The notes below the pieces were generated by a model, which was not told where the DNA came from, did not search any database, and saw only the letters and a list, made by a program, of their open reading frames with translations. A stretch of DNA of 64,000 nt. Origin: Candidatus Thorarchaeota archaeon. Its GTDB lineage: Archaea > Asgardarchaeota > Thorarchaeia > Thorarchaeales > Thorarchaeaceae. Positions 8,861-18,365 of this stretch are shown piece by piece; the first letter of the stretch is position 1; each line of letters begins with the position of its first letter. The stretch lies in the NCBI GenBank assembly GCA_029855935.1, contig JAGSHN010000016.1, forward strand, positions 160,001 through 224,000. The letters run 5' to 3'. Position numbers and translations under genes: made by a program.

Positions 8861-10375
8861 TCAACCTCCTGCGACAAGGCCCGCCAGAACGGGCTGTAGG
8901 AACTGTCCGAGCAACCACGGCCAGATGCCGATGACCACGACGAAGAAGGCCATCACGACCATTATGCCGAGGACGGACCGTGGCGGGTCGCTGACACTCT
9001 CAAGGCCCTGAGGCACCGGACCGTACATCGTCCGTCGAATCGCCCACAGATAGTACGCCGCAGTCAGGCCGGTGGCCACAACAGCAACCACCAAGACAGC
9101 GACATACGCCCATCCCTGACCAATCATCTCAGCCGCACCGGCAAAGAGCATCAACTCTCCGGGGAAGGCGCACATCGGTGGAGTGCCTGCTATGGCCAGC
9201 CCTGCGAGTACGAACACTGTCGCGAGCACGGGCATCCTCGGAGCGAGTCCACCAAGTTGGTCGAACTCCATCGTGCCAGTCTGCATCTTGATGGCACCAG
9301 CGGCAAAGAACATCAGGCTGGCAAGGATGCCGTGGCTGATCAGCTGGAACGCCGCGCCATTGAGTCCCACCTCGGTCATGGTGGAGTACCCGAACATCAG
9401 ATAGCCGAGCTGACTGATGCTGGAGTACGCGAGCATCATCTTCAGGTCGCGCTGGGCGATTGCCATCATCGCCCCATAGAACATCGTGATGACGGAGATT
9501 GTCATCAGACCAAGAGAGTAGTCGACCATGAACGTTCTCACAATGGGTATGACCACACGGATGACGCCATATGCTGCAGTCTTCGTCATCGCGCCGCTGA
9601 GGAGGACCAGCACGGGGATGGGCGCCTCACGGTATGCTGGTGGTGCCCACACGTGCAGTGGGACCAGGCCCAGCTTGATACCGAAGCCCAGGAGGAACAC
9701 GACTCCAACGACCTTGGCTGTGCTGGCCGCAAGAGGAGCCGTGTACAGCGCCTGAATGTTGAACGTCCCGGTCGCCGAGAAGAGCATCAGTGTGGCGAAG
9801 ATTGAGATTATTCCTCCGACTGCCGTCCAGACCCAGAACTGGAATGCGTTGCGTGTACGTTCGTCCGCGTCCTCGGAGACACCGTACAGATAGACGAGCA
9901 GGAAGGCGGGAATCAGCATCACCTCGTAGAAGAGGAAGAACTGCAGGAGGTCTGTCGCATAGACGACGCCCACCATCGCGGCGACGAACCAGACCATCAG
10001 AGAGTAGTACACTCCAGGCCTGTGCAGGTCCCTCATGTAGGCGAAGGAATACACGACCGAGAAGAGGCCCAGGGAGATGATCAGCACCGCCACCGGTGCG
10101 CTCAGCCCGTCTCCGAGAAAGCCCAGAGTGACCAGCGGGTGGGTCTCGTCGCCGAGCCACACAATGTCATGGAAGACGGTCGACACATTCACTCTGAGCA
10201 GCAGGAGGACATTGAGGGCCAGCGCACCGAGCAATGAGAGGACCGAGAGCGCCCTTGCGCCTCTCTCCGACCGGGTGCCGACGAGGAGCGTCAGCAGACC
10301 GCCGAGAGTGAGGCCGAGTAGCGTGAGTATCATTGGAAAGTCCGACAGGAGCGGGATGTTGACGAGTTGCATCAT
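8861..10375 (-). CDS. nuoM: NuoM/FpoM-like antiporter subunit
   Basis: DLLQFFLFYEVMLIP, K..LVPLHVW.P.AY.EAP, LAYSSISQLG, SHG, FPGE. Confidence 0.88.
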   Translation of the reverse strand: MMQLVNIPLLSDFPMILTLLGLTLGGLLTLLVGTRSERGARALSVLSLLGALALNVLLLLRVNVSTVFHDIVWLGDETHPLVTLGFLGDGLSAPVAVLIISLGLFSVVYSFAYMRDLHRPGVYYSLMVWFVAAMVGVVYATDLLQFFLFYEVMLIPAFLLVYLYGVSEDADERTRNAFQFWVWTAVGGIISIFATLMLFSATGTFNIQALYTAPLAASTAKVVGVVFLLGFGIKLGLVPLHVWAPPAYREAPIPVLVLLSGAMTKTAAYGVIRVVIPIVRTFMVDYSLGLMTISVITMFYGAMMAIAQRDLKMMLAYSSISQLGYLMFGYSTMTEVGLNGAAFQLISHGILASLMFFAAGAIKMQTGTMEFDQLGGLAPRMPVLATVFVLAGLAIAGTPPMCAFPGELMLFAGAAEMIGQGWAYVAVLVVAVVATGLTAAYYLWAIRRTMYGPVPQGLESVSDPPRSVLGIMVVMAFFVVVIGIWPWLLGQFLQPVLAGLVAGG

Positions 10376-10390
10376 CGTGTCTTCAGCCTC

Positions 10391-12412
10391 CTACAGGAAC
10401 AGTATCACAAGAAGGAACAGTGCTATCCCCGCCATCATGGCCAGCACATTGGTGTTCAGTACTCCCGTCATTGTACGCCTCCAGCCGCGCGACACCGAGT
10501 CCAGTCCCTCCTGCGTCGTCCTGCTGAACGCCAGCAGGGCCGACTCAACCCGCCTGTGGAGGCCCCTGCTCAGCCAGAGATAGCCGCCCACGAACACGCG
10601 GTTGTACAGCGTGTTGACGTACCACCTGTTCTTGAGGAACCGTCCGAGAGGGCCGTCACGCAGGCTGGAGAAGTCGCCCTTCCCCCTGTGATAGATGAGG
10701 TAGGCCGGTGTTATGCCGACGACCCAGATCCCCACAGTGAGTAGTGTCAGTGGCCCCATTGCGAAGAGGTGAATGCTCGACCACTCGAACGGATGAATGA
10801 GGCTCTCGCCAATGGGGGAGAACGCTCCGAAGAAGACCAGTTCGAAGAGGCCTCCTCCCAGGGCCAGCGTTGCGAGTACGATGAGCGGGATCCTCATGCT
10901 CCAGGGGGCCTCGTGGATGTGATGTCCGTGGGCCTCCAGCTCCTCGACGTGCGCAGACCGCTTTCCGAAGAAGGTCATGAACACCATCCGGAAGGTGTAG
11001 AATGCTGTCAGAATAGCGGTCACAAAGGCGAGTACGAATAGCCAGAACTGGCCGCCCTCGAGCAGTGCATCGAAGATCATCTCCTTTGACCAGAAGCCTA
11101 TCGTCGGGAAGACGCCGGCGAGCGCCAGCGCACCAATCGTGAAAGTCGCTGCGGTGATCTTCATGTTGCTCCACAGACCGCCCATATCACGCATTGACTT
11201 GCTCTCGACGGCGTGGAGGACAGAGCCTGCGGCGAGAAAGAGTAGCGCCTTGAATATCGCGTGAGCAAGCAGATGGAACGTCCCCGCACTGTACGCCGTG
11301 ACGCTCTCTGCGACGAGCCCTGCGGCGCCAAGTGCAGTGAACATATAGCCGAGCTGCGAGATTGTGGAGTAGGCCAGCACCTTCTTGATCTCGTCCTGAA
11401 CTAGCGCCATTGTCGCTGCCATGAATGCGGTGAACGCCCCAATCCACGCCACGGTCTGGAAGAAGACAGTGACGCCGACCACATTCACAGTCATGTCGAT
11501 GAAGACCGGTACAAGCCGCGCGACGAGATAGACTCCTGCCTTCACCATAGCAGCGGCGTGGATGAGCGCGCTGACAGTGGTGGGGCCTGCCATTGCCTCT
11601 GGGAGCCACACGTGTAGCGGAAACTGAGCGCTCTTTCCTATCGGGCCAGCGAATATCAGCAGAGCGGCAACGGGCAAGAGCTGTGAGAGAGTCACGCCGA
11701 GGCCAGCCGCCCACGAGGCATTCCCCGCGAGCGACTGCAGCTCCACATAGTTGAAGGTGCCAGTGATCATGAACAGGATGAGGATACCAGCCAGCAGCCC
11801 TATGTCGCCGACACGCGTGACCATGAATGCCTTCATCCCGCAGACAGCATTGTACTCTCCCTCTGTCCTATAGTCGGCGACGGGACTGGGCGCCGTCACG
11901 TTGTGCCAGAAGCCAATCAGCGCATAGGAACACATCCCGACGACCTCCCAGCCGATGAAGGTCATCAGGAGGTTGTCCGCCATCACAAGGAGAATCATCC
12001 CGCCGACAAACAGCTGCATGAAGAAGTAGTACCTCGTCAGACTGGGGTCCTTGACGAGATTACCCTCTGCATCACGGCCAGTCATGTAGCCGATGCTGAA
12101 CAGGATGATCAGGGAGCCGATCCCTCCTGCTATGACCGCCAGCAGGACGCTCAGCGGGTCGACAAACACTCCAAAGTCCAGCCTGTAGGGTCCTGCGACC
12201 AGCCACGTCAGAAGGACGTAGTCTTGAGCCTCAGGATGGAGGACCATCGATGCGGTCAGGTCAAGAGCGAGAAATGCCGTCGCAAACCCCACGAGGACTG
12301 CCATTGCATCGCGGACTGTCCCTCCGATGCGCGCGAAGACGGGTGTCAGTACTGCGCCCACGAGCGGGACAACAAAGACAAGCCAGGCGGCGAGTTCCAC
12401 TGGGACAATCAA
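10391..12412 (-). CDS. nuoL: NuoL/FpoL (MrpA-like) antiporter subunit with C-terminal lateral helix
   Basis: FIGWEVVG, KAFMVTRVGD, KSAQFPLHVWLPEAMAGPTTVSALIHAA, HAIFKALLFL, GFWSKE. Probable TTG start at 12412 overlapping the upstream stop. Confidence 0.92.
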   Translation of the reverse strand: MIVPVELAAWLVFVVPLVGAVLTPVFARIGGTVRDAMAVLVGFATAFLALDLTASMVLHPEAQDYVLLTWLVAGPYRLDFGVFVDPLSVLLAVIAGGIGSLIILFSIGYMTGRDAEGNLVKDPSLTRYYFFMQLFVGGMILLVMADNLLMTFIGWEVVGMCSYALIGFWHNVTAPSPVADYRTEGEYNAVCGMKAFMVTRVGDIGLLAGILILFMITGTFNYVELQSLAGNASWAAGLGVTLSQLLPVAALLIFAGPIGKSAQFPLHVWLPEAMAGPTTVSALIHAAAMVKAGVYLVARLVPVFIDMTVNVVGVTVFFQTVAWIGAFTAFMAATMALVQDEIKKVLAYSTISQLGYMFTALGAAGLVAESVTAYSAGTFHLLAHAIFKALLFLAAGSVLHAVESKSMRDMGGLWSNMKITAATFTIGALALAGVFPTIGFWSKEMIFDALLEGGQFWLFVLAFVTAILTAFYTFRMVFMTFFGKRSAHVEELEAHGHHIHEAPWSMRIPLIVLATLALGGGLFELVFFGAFSPIGESLIHPFEWSSIHLFAMGPLTLLTVGIWVVGITPAYLIYHRGKGDFSSLRDGPLGRFLKNRWYVNTLYNRVFVGGYLWLSRGLHRRVESALLAFSRTTQEGLDSVSRGWRRTMTGVLNTNVLAMMAGIALFLLVILFL

Positions 12413-12738
12413 CCCTTCAACCTCCTCAGTTCGCGGATGTCCAAGGTTCCATAGTGTCTGTAGGCGTTGACGATCAGGCTCAGGGCGATGGCCGCTATCG
12501 CTCCCCCGATACATATCGAGACTATGACGAAGACCTGCACCATCGGGTCAATGGGCCCAAGAACAGACGGACTGCTCGTGAATGCGCCCAGTGCAAGGAA
12601 ATTGAGATTGGCCGCAGCCACGAGAATCTCTATGCCGATGACGAGCTTGATCATATTCCGAGCGCTGGCGAGTGTGTATACACCGAGCAGATACATCAGC
12701 AGCGCGAAGATGAGATAGATGTGCAGCATCTCAAGCAT
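12409..12738 (-). CDS. nuoK: NuoK/MrpC-like subunit
   Basis: RNMIKLVIGIEIL..A.NLNF...RHYGTLDI..L..LKG; start MLEMLH at 12738. Confidence 0.88.
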   Translation of the reverse strand: MLEMLHIYLIFALLMYLLGVYTLASARNMIKLVIGIEILVAAANLNFLALGAFTSSPSVLGPIDPMVQVFVIVSICIGGAIAAIALSLIVNAYRHYGTLDIRELRRLKG

Positions 12739-12740
12739 AC

Positions 12741-13025
12741 TCACTCCACCTCCTCCCTGTCCCTGTTGTGGTCCCTCATGGACCGAAACATTGCGGACGC
12801 TCCGACGACAGCCGCGAGCAGCAGTGTCGCCTGCACCAGCACATCCACGACACGGAAGGACCAGAGCCACTCCCCTATTGTGGTACCAATCTGGTCCCAC
12901 GCATCAGGCGACAGGAGCGGCCCTGCAGGCGCGCCGAGAGAGAAGATGCTGAAGTCGACCAGTCGGCTACCTACGAGGACAACGATGACAAGAGAAAGCA
13001 GGAATGCCGCAGCCCTGTATCGCAT
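12741..13025 (-). CDS. Small membrane subunit, NuoJ C-terminal half / MbhE-like
   Basis: IGEWLWSFRVVDVLVQATLLLAAVVGA; lies between J1 and K with tight coupling. Confidence 0.72.
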   Translation of the reverse strand: MRYRAAAFLLSLVIVVLVGSRLVDFSIFSLGAPAGPLLSPDAWDQIGTTIGEWLWSFRVVDVLVQATLLLAAVVGASAMFRSMRDHNRDREEVE

Positions 13026-13321
13026 CAGGCTGTCACCTCCGTGCCAGACTCATCCTCTGGGACACCAGCAGCCTCCTCCGGTGTCGCCAGGCTCATTGTG
13101 GCGAGGAAGAGTATCGCTATCGCTCCAGAGAACACGCTGAAGTTGAACACGGCCACATAGGGTGCGCCGAGGACAAAGTAGAGCAGGCTGAGAAGGCCAT
13201 TGCCCACTGCAAAGGCGATGATTGCAAGGGCAAGCCTTCGATGCTCCACTGCCACGACGAGAAACCCTAGAGCCAAGACCAGAATTGCCAGTTGGACGAA
13301 CTCCAAGGGTTGCGATATCAT
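13025..13321 (-). CDS. nuoJ: Small membrane subunit, NuoJ N-terminal half / MbhD (DUF4040)-like
   Basis: LYFVLGAPYVAVFNFSVFSGAIAILFL resembles NuoJ TM3; first gene of the operon. Confidence 0.75.
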   Translation of the reverse strand: MISQPLEFVQLAILVLALGFLVVAVEHRRLALAIIAFAVGNGLLSLLYFVLGAPYVAVFNFSVFSGAIAILFLATMSLATPEEAAGVPEDESGTEVTA

Positions 13322-13551
13322 ATCTGACTCCCGCCAGCACTCTTTCCTAGGGGACGCGCCGACCCGCAGGTGAGCCGTCTATAAATGTGACGGAGCAGGA
13401 ACTGCGTGCCCCACCCCCTCATAGAACGGGTCGTCCTCTCATATGGCTGTGACTACTGTCCGGTCTGCCCACAGTTTCTTGCTGACTTGCGGGCGTGGGG
13501 TGACAACGGTTATAGGTGAGCTCTCTGCCAATCGGTCAGAGGTCGCTTCAT

Positions 13552-14502
13552 ATGGCGAGGAAGGCTCTTGTCACTGGCGCAGCAGGATTCATTGGCAGCA
13601 ACCTTGCGGATCGCCTCATTGAGCAGGGCTATTCGGTGATTGGCATAGACAACCTCAGAACAGGGACCATGTCCAACCTCGAACAGGCTACTCGTCATCC
13701 CAACTTTGAGTTCATCCGCGCCGACATCTGTGACACTGACCTGCTAGGGTTCGCGTCGGACAACATCGATGTGGTCTTTCATCTCGCTGCGATATCATCT
13801 GTCGCGCAGAGCGTGGAGGACCCTCTCTCAGTCAACGAGACCAATGTCAACGGCACGGTAAATGTCCTGCGTCACGCGGTGGATCACGGTGTACGACGCT
13901 TTGTCTTCATCTCCAGCGCCGCGGTCTATGGACAGCCCTCCTCCCTGCCTGTCACTGAGGATGCCCCCATCCGTGCGATGAGCCCCTATGGCGCGTCGAA
14001 GATTGCTGGCGAGCAGTACGTGCGGGCGTTCAAGACAACCTACGGGATGGAGACAGTCATCCTCAGGTACTTCAATGTCTATGGTCCGAGACAGGCCCTC
14101 TCTGAGTACAGCGGTGTGGTCTCGATCTTCATCAACCGGGCACTGCACGACGAGCCTCTGACGATATACGGTGATGGTCTTCAGACACGCACTCTGATCT
14201 TTGTCGACGACGTGACGGAATACACAATGCGTGCAGCGGAGGTCTCCGAGGCCGACGGTGCAGTGCTCAACATCTGTGGTCCTGATGCCCTACGTGTGAT
14301 CGACATCGCAGAGACCATCCTACGACTGATTCCCGAGTCGCGCTCGGAGATCAGATACGCGCCAGCCCGCCCCGGCGACATTCGTGAGAGCGTCGGGTCG
14401 CTGGACCTCGCCTGCAAGGTCCTTGGGTACAGTCCTGTCACGGCCTTCGAGGATGGAATATCAAGGACTATCCAGTGGTACAGAGAGCTCCACCGTCGGT
14501 GA
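13552..14502 (+). CDS. NAD-dependent nucleotide-sugar epimerase/dehydratase (extended SDR)
   Basis: TGAAGFIG, YGASK, RYFNVYGPRQ; start ATG 13552. Confidence 0.92.
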   Translation: MARKALVTGAAGFIGSNLADRLIEQGYSVIGIDNLRTGTMSNLEQATRHPNFEFIRADICDTDLLGFASDNIDVVFHLAAISSVAQSVEDPLSVNETNVNGTVNVLRHAVDHGVRRFVFISSAAVYGQPSSLPVTEDAPIRAMSPYGASKIAGEQYVRAFKTTYGMETVILRYFNVYGPRQALSEYSGVVSIFINRALHDEPLTIYGDGLQTRTLIFVDDVTEYTMRAAEVSEADGAVLNICGPDALRVIDIAETILRLIPESRSEIRYAPARPGDIRESVGSLDLACKVLGYSPVTAFEDGISRTIQWYRELHRR

Positions 14503-14575
14503 GCAGCGAGCAGAGTGGCACTGCCCCTCGGGGTGCCCGTCCTCCGTCCGAGCCCCAGAATGTTGGTCACTCCGA

Positions 14576-15154
14576 ATGACTTATCTGCGGACTGCTGGCG
14601 CCACGCCCGCGACAAGATTCAGCGAATCACAACGACGTGACCACTACTGGAGGTGGACAGCAACGAGCAACACATCATTCGAGGTACACATCGAGTGCGC
14701 AGAGAGTCCAATGGCGCTGACAACAGCGCTCGGGCCTGACAACACTGTCGTTGTCACTCCTCCCGATGCCGTTGGCAACGTCTCGGGGGCGACCTGCCCG
14801 CACAATCTGTTTCTCGCGTCCATAGGGACGTGCATCAATCTCGTGTTCCAGGCTGCACTGCGGCGGGGTCGTGTCCCTGCCGAGGATGTGCGCAGTGTCG
14901 TGACTGGAGTGTACGAGCGCGATGAGTCGACCGGACGCAGCCGGTTCGTCAGAGTGGAGGTCAGGACGACAGTGGTCGTCTCTGAGGGCATCAGCGAGAG
15001 GCGCGTCCGTCACCTGTACGATCTGGCGTGTCGGAACTGTCCGATTGGAAACACGCTTGAGGGCGCGAGGCTGGCCCTTGAGGAACACTTGGAGATCGTC
15101 TATGCTCCTCAACTGAGCGCAGAGACTAGGTCAGAGGCAGGCCAGACCGCGTGA
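14576..15154 (+). CDS. OsmC/Ohr-family protein
   Basis: CPHNLFLASIGTC...NCPIGNTL two-Cys pattern; start uncertain (ATG 14576). Confidence 0.75.
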   Translation: MTYLRTAGATPATRFSESQRRDHYWRWTATSNTSFEVHIECAESPMALTTALGPDNTVVVTPPDAVGNVSGATCPHNLFLASIGTCINLVFQAALRRGRVPAEDVRSVVTGVYERDESTGRSRFVRVEVRTTVVVSEGISERRVRHLYDLACRNCPIGNTLEGARLALEEHLEIVYAPQLSAETRSEAGQTA

Positions 15155-15210
15155 GCCCGCTGCGTCGACGCTCTCACTACTCACAGACACCGGGGCTGGA
15201 GTGGGCGTCA

Positions 15211-18200
15211 TCACGTCGCTGTGAGGAACAGCGAGACTTGGTCGACCACGCCCTCCTCGGTCCTCAGCGTCACCAGCACCATATACGTCGCAGTGACCAC
15301 CCCCTGAGGAAGCGTGACCGAGATGAGCGGGCTCGTCCCGTAGACATCGCCCGGACCGACGGTACCTATGCTCAACGTGTAGGTCGTATTCGTGGGATAG
15401 ACTGTTGGCGTGATCTCCGTACCGTGCCAGACGACCGAGAAGTCGCCCGTGAGAACTGAGATGTCCACGTAGAGGTCGTGGCTCACGTTGTCGTTGTTGC
15501 GAAGCATCATCACAAGCTGGGAGTACTCACCTGATGTGATCGTTGCCGGGTCGAAATGCGCAGAGTCGATGCCTACCTGCCCCTCACCGACACCGGTCTG
15601 GTTCAGGAGGCCGAACATACGATAGTACGCCTCCACCACGTTGGCCCCCAGCTGGACACGCTCTCCGGTCTCGGCATCAACCAGTCCCACGCCACCGAGC
15701 TTCTCAATGACCCTGTTGCTGGATGTCTGTACCTCGAGAAAGACGGGTATCACATAAAACAGGTCACCGCCGAGATGATACAGCAGCCTGTTGCCGAATC
15801 TATGCGCGCCCCACAGCTGGAGATGCGTCCTCACATCGTCGTTCGTCTCGAAGGCCTGCACTGCTGCGGAGGGCCCCAGAAGCGTCGACTGGCCGACCTG
15901 TCCTGAGCCGTAGAAGACGAGCTGACCGAAGTTCTTGTTGCCACAGCCCATCACGTATATGCCAGCCAGATTCCGTCCCGCTGAGTCTCTGAACTCGGCA
16001 TTGTGCATCGCAACGAACCTGTCCTGTCCAGCAATGCGCATGATGATGTATCGTGTGTCAGACCCCGCAGGTGACTCGTGAAAGTCGACTCCGCTCCTGA
16101 ACACGAAGCCGTCCCGGACGTGATAGATGTATGCCACATCGAGTTGCCTCTCATAGAGGTCCTCCGGCCATCTGATCTGTGACTGCAGCCAGTCAGGGGT
16201 CTCCCGCCAGGGATAGTATTCCCTGTACGTCCGATCGATGAAGAATGGCTCCTCGCCATCATCGCGCGGAGCATAGAACGTCAGGTAACCACTGGTCGTA
16301 TCCACGAGGACAACACCCATGAAACGCATGTACCTCTCGTGAGCATAGCCCGTGGACAGCGGGTAGTCGGCATAGACGGAGACCGCGTAGTAGAGATTGC
16401 CCGACGGGTCGACAACAATGTACGGATCGGAGTCGGTCTCTAGGCCCTGCAGCAGTATTGACTGTACCCGCATACGCACATCGCGCGCGACAAGCATATC
16501 CAAGTCCCGACCCATGAACGACCACGCATCGGGACCCAGAGTGAATATGAAGAATGTCGATTCGAAGCCTGTGAGGGTGTAGTCAGGTGTGCCCTCAAAG
16601 GAGTAGTTTCCGACCTCCTCGAAGCCGGGGACATTGACGAACACGGGATGCGAGAATCCCGCGCCCTCTCCGTAGTAGAAGTTGATCGGGGCGGAGCGGT
16701 TGAGCAGCACGGTCAGGTCTATGTGCTCCACGATGTCACCGCTGTACGCGTTGAGTACGACCAGCCCCTCGGTGTGCGTGTAGTACAGGTACTGGTTGAT
16801 GAAGTTCCCTGCAATGGAGTCGTAGTCGAACGTGAGCGGCGCTATCCAGTACTCGTGTCCCTTGAGATAGACGATGTCCGAGTCTGCCAGTTGCATCCAG
16901 TTCGTGCCTATCTGGTTCTTCATACGGAGATAGCTGGCCACCTGATCCCACTGTCGGACGGTGGTGAGGAACTCCACCTCGCTCTCAGGCGTGGCGTTCG
17001 ACGTAAGGTCGTCGAGCGTCTTCATCTGCATGTCCTGGACTCCGGCGGCCCAGTTGGTGATGGCAATCTCCTTCTTGGTCTCGTAGTTGAACTTCCACTC
17101 TATGTACTTGTCACCAGACATCTGGACACCATAGTAGACGGCCTGAATCACTGGTAGCATCGCCACCACAATGATGAGAACTATGGCGATCCCTGCGAAG
17201 CGTCGTGGGGACTCCGGCACGGGCAGGAACCTCGCCACCTTCAGACGGGAGAGCTCCTTGCGAACGACTGACCGGTCCTGCATAAGCAGGCCGAGACGAT
17301 GAGTATACTCCTCCTTTGAGATACGCCCCTCCTCGTAGTCCGACCGCAGCATCCCCATCTCGCTCTCGAGTCGGACGAGGTCGTCCTGCAGCTGCGCGAT
17401 CTTGATCTTCGTCCTTCTCTGCGCGGGGCCAGCCCGGATCCTCATTATCAGAAAGATGACAGTCCCCACGATTGAGGCACCGAGCGCGATTATCAGAGCG
17501 AGATAGCTCATCCACGTGCCGGCATTGACGGTCCAAGTGGGGACAGCCAGTATCTCCATTGTCAGACTGAGCGATACTATCACGAGTATCGTTGAGATCA
17601 TCACGTAGGAGTCCTTCTTCTCGTGCATCACCTGTGCTGCAAGATAGAGGCCAAAGCGGCCAGCGGTCGTCACCAGGAGGGTGTCGATCAGCCCGACGTA
17701 CAGCTGATAGGCCTCCATTGCGGGGATGAGGCCTATTACAGAGTCCGAGGAAACTCCCGGACTGAAGGGCAGAGAGAACAGGGTGACCACCTGCGACGAA
17801 GTGACATGTATTGACCCGTCGCCCATCAGCATCATCAGGAAGGCCACGTTCTGACCTGTGATGGCCCGGCCACCCATCGAGACATAGAAGGCAAACAGCA
17901 TCACAGCCTCAAAGACTCTCCACACAATGGCCTGCCGCGTCTCGAGGCGGACCACACCGTGGCCGTGAGGTGTCAGGCTGGTGAGAAATGTGATGAACAT
18001 CGATCTCTGTGGCAGCGTTATCATGCTCAGAATGGTCAGCAGGGCTGCTGCATAGAAGATGTTGTTACGTAGAGTCCACGTTGCCCAGTAGTCGACCCCT
18101 GCCTTTGTGGCGTAGGTGTTCTCGTATATGGTCTGCGAGAGCCACCATCCGTAGAAAGCGCCTGCCGCTACAAGAAGAGTGACGACCGCCAGAATCAGCA

Positions 18201-18225
18201 TAGGTAGTAGCGCTCGGACCTTCAC
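15211..18225 (-). CDS. UPF0182-family membrane protein with coiled-coil insert and C-terminal Ig-like domain
   Basis: N-terminal TMs, then VRQWD, YTH, YYGE, DPY, RWPEDL, YHV.D..VF, YV.PVF pattern typical of UPF0182. Confidence 0.78.
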   Translation of the reverse strand: MKVRALLPMLILAVVTLLVAAGAFYGWWLSQTIYENTYATKAGVDYWATWTLRNNIFYAAALLTILSMITLPQRSMFITFLTSLTPHGHGVVRLETRQAIVWRVFEAVMLFAFYVSMGGRAITGQNVAFLMMLMGDGSIHVTSSQVVTLFSLPFSPGVSSDSVIGLIPAMEAYQLYVGLIDTLLVTTAGRFGLYLAAQVMHEKKDSYVMISTILVIVSLSLTMEILAVPTWTVNAGTWMSYLALIIALGASIVGTVIFLIMRIRAGPAQRRTKIKIAQLQDDLVRLESEMGMLRSDYEEGRISKEEYTHRLGLLMQDRSVVRKELSRLKVARFLPVPESPRRFAGIAIVLIIVVAMLPVIQAVYYGVQMSGDKYIEWKFNYETKKEIAITNWAAGVQDMQMKTLDDLTSNATPESEVEFLTTVRQWDQVASYLRMKNQIGTNWMQLADSDIVYLKGHEYWIAPLTFDYDSIAGNFINQYLYYTHTEGLVVLNAYSGDIVEHIDLTVLLNRSAPINFYYGEGAGFSHPVFVNVPGFEEVGNYSFEGTPDYTLTGFESTFFIFTLGPDAWSFMGRDLDMLVARDVRMRVQSILLQGLETDSDPYIVVDPSGNLYYAVSVYADYPLSTGYAHERYMRFMGVVLVDTTSGYLTFYAPRDDGEEPFFIDRTYREYYPWRETPDWLQSQIRWPEDLYERQLDVAYIYHVRDGFVFRSGVDFHESPAGSDTRYIIMRIAGQDRFVAMHNAEFRDSAGRNLAGIYVMGCGNKNFGQLVFYGSGQVGQSTLLGPSAAVQAFETNDDVRTHLQLWGAHRFGNRLLYHLGGDLFYVIPVFLEVQTSSNRVIEKLGGVGLVDAETGERVQLGANVVEAYYRMFGLLNQTGVGEGQVGIDSAHFDPATITSGEYSQLVMMLRNNDNVSHDLYVDISVLTGDFSVVWHGTEITPTVYPTNTTYTLSIGTVGPGDVYGTSPLISVTLPQGVVTATYMVLVTLRTEEGVVDQVSLFLTAT

Positions 18226-18365
18226 ATCGTCCCACCTTTGTGGTTCCCCATCATATCAGCCGCACCAACTTATGACCGTTGCGGCCAGAGTGGCTCTCAA
18301 TCCGTGCAACGCCACATCTCCGCGAGTCTGTGTTCTGAGGACACACAACGTTGTCAAGCAACCGC

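Noticed and set aside
7283-13321. Calling the operon a complete NADH dehydrogenase or hydrogenase
   Set aside because: No NuoH, Fe-S or catalytic subunits in or next to the operon.
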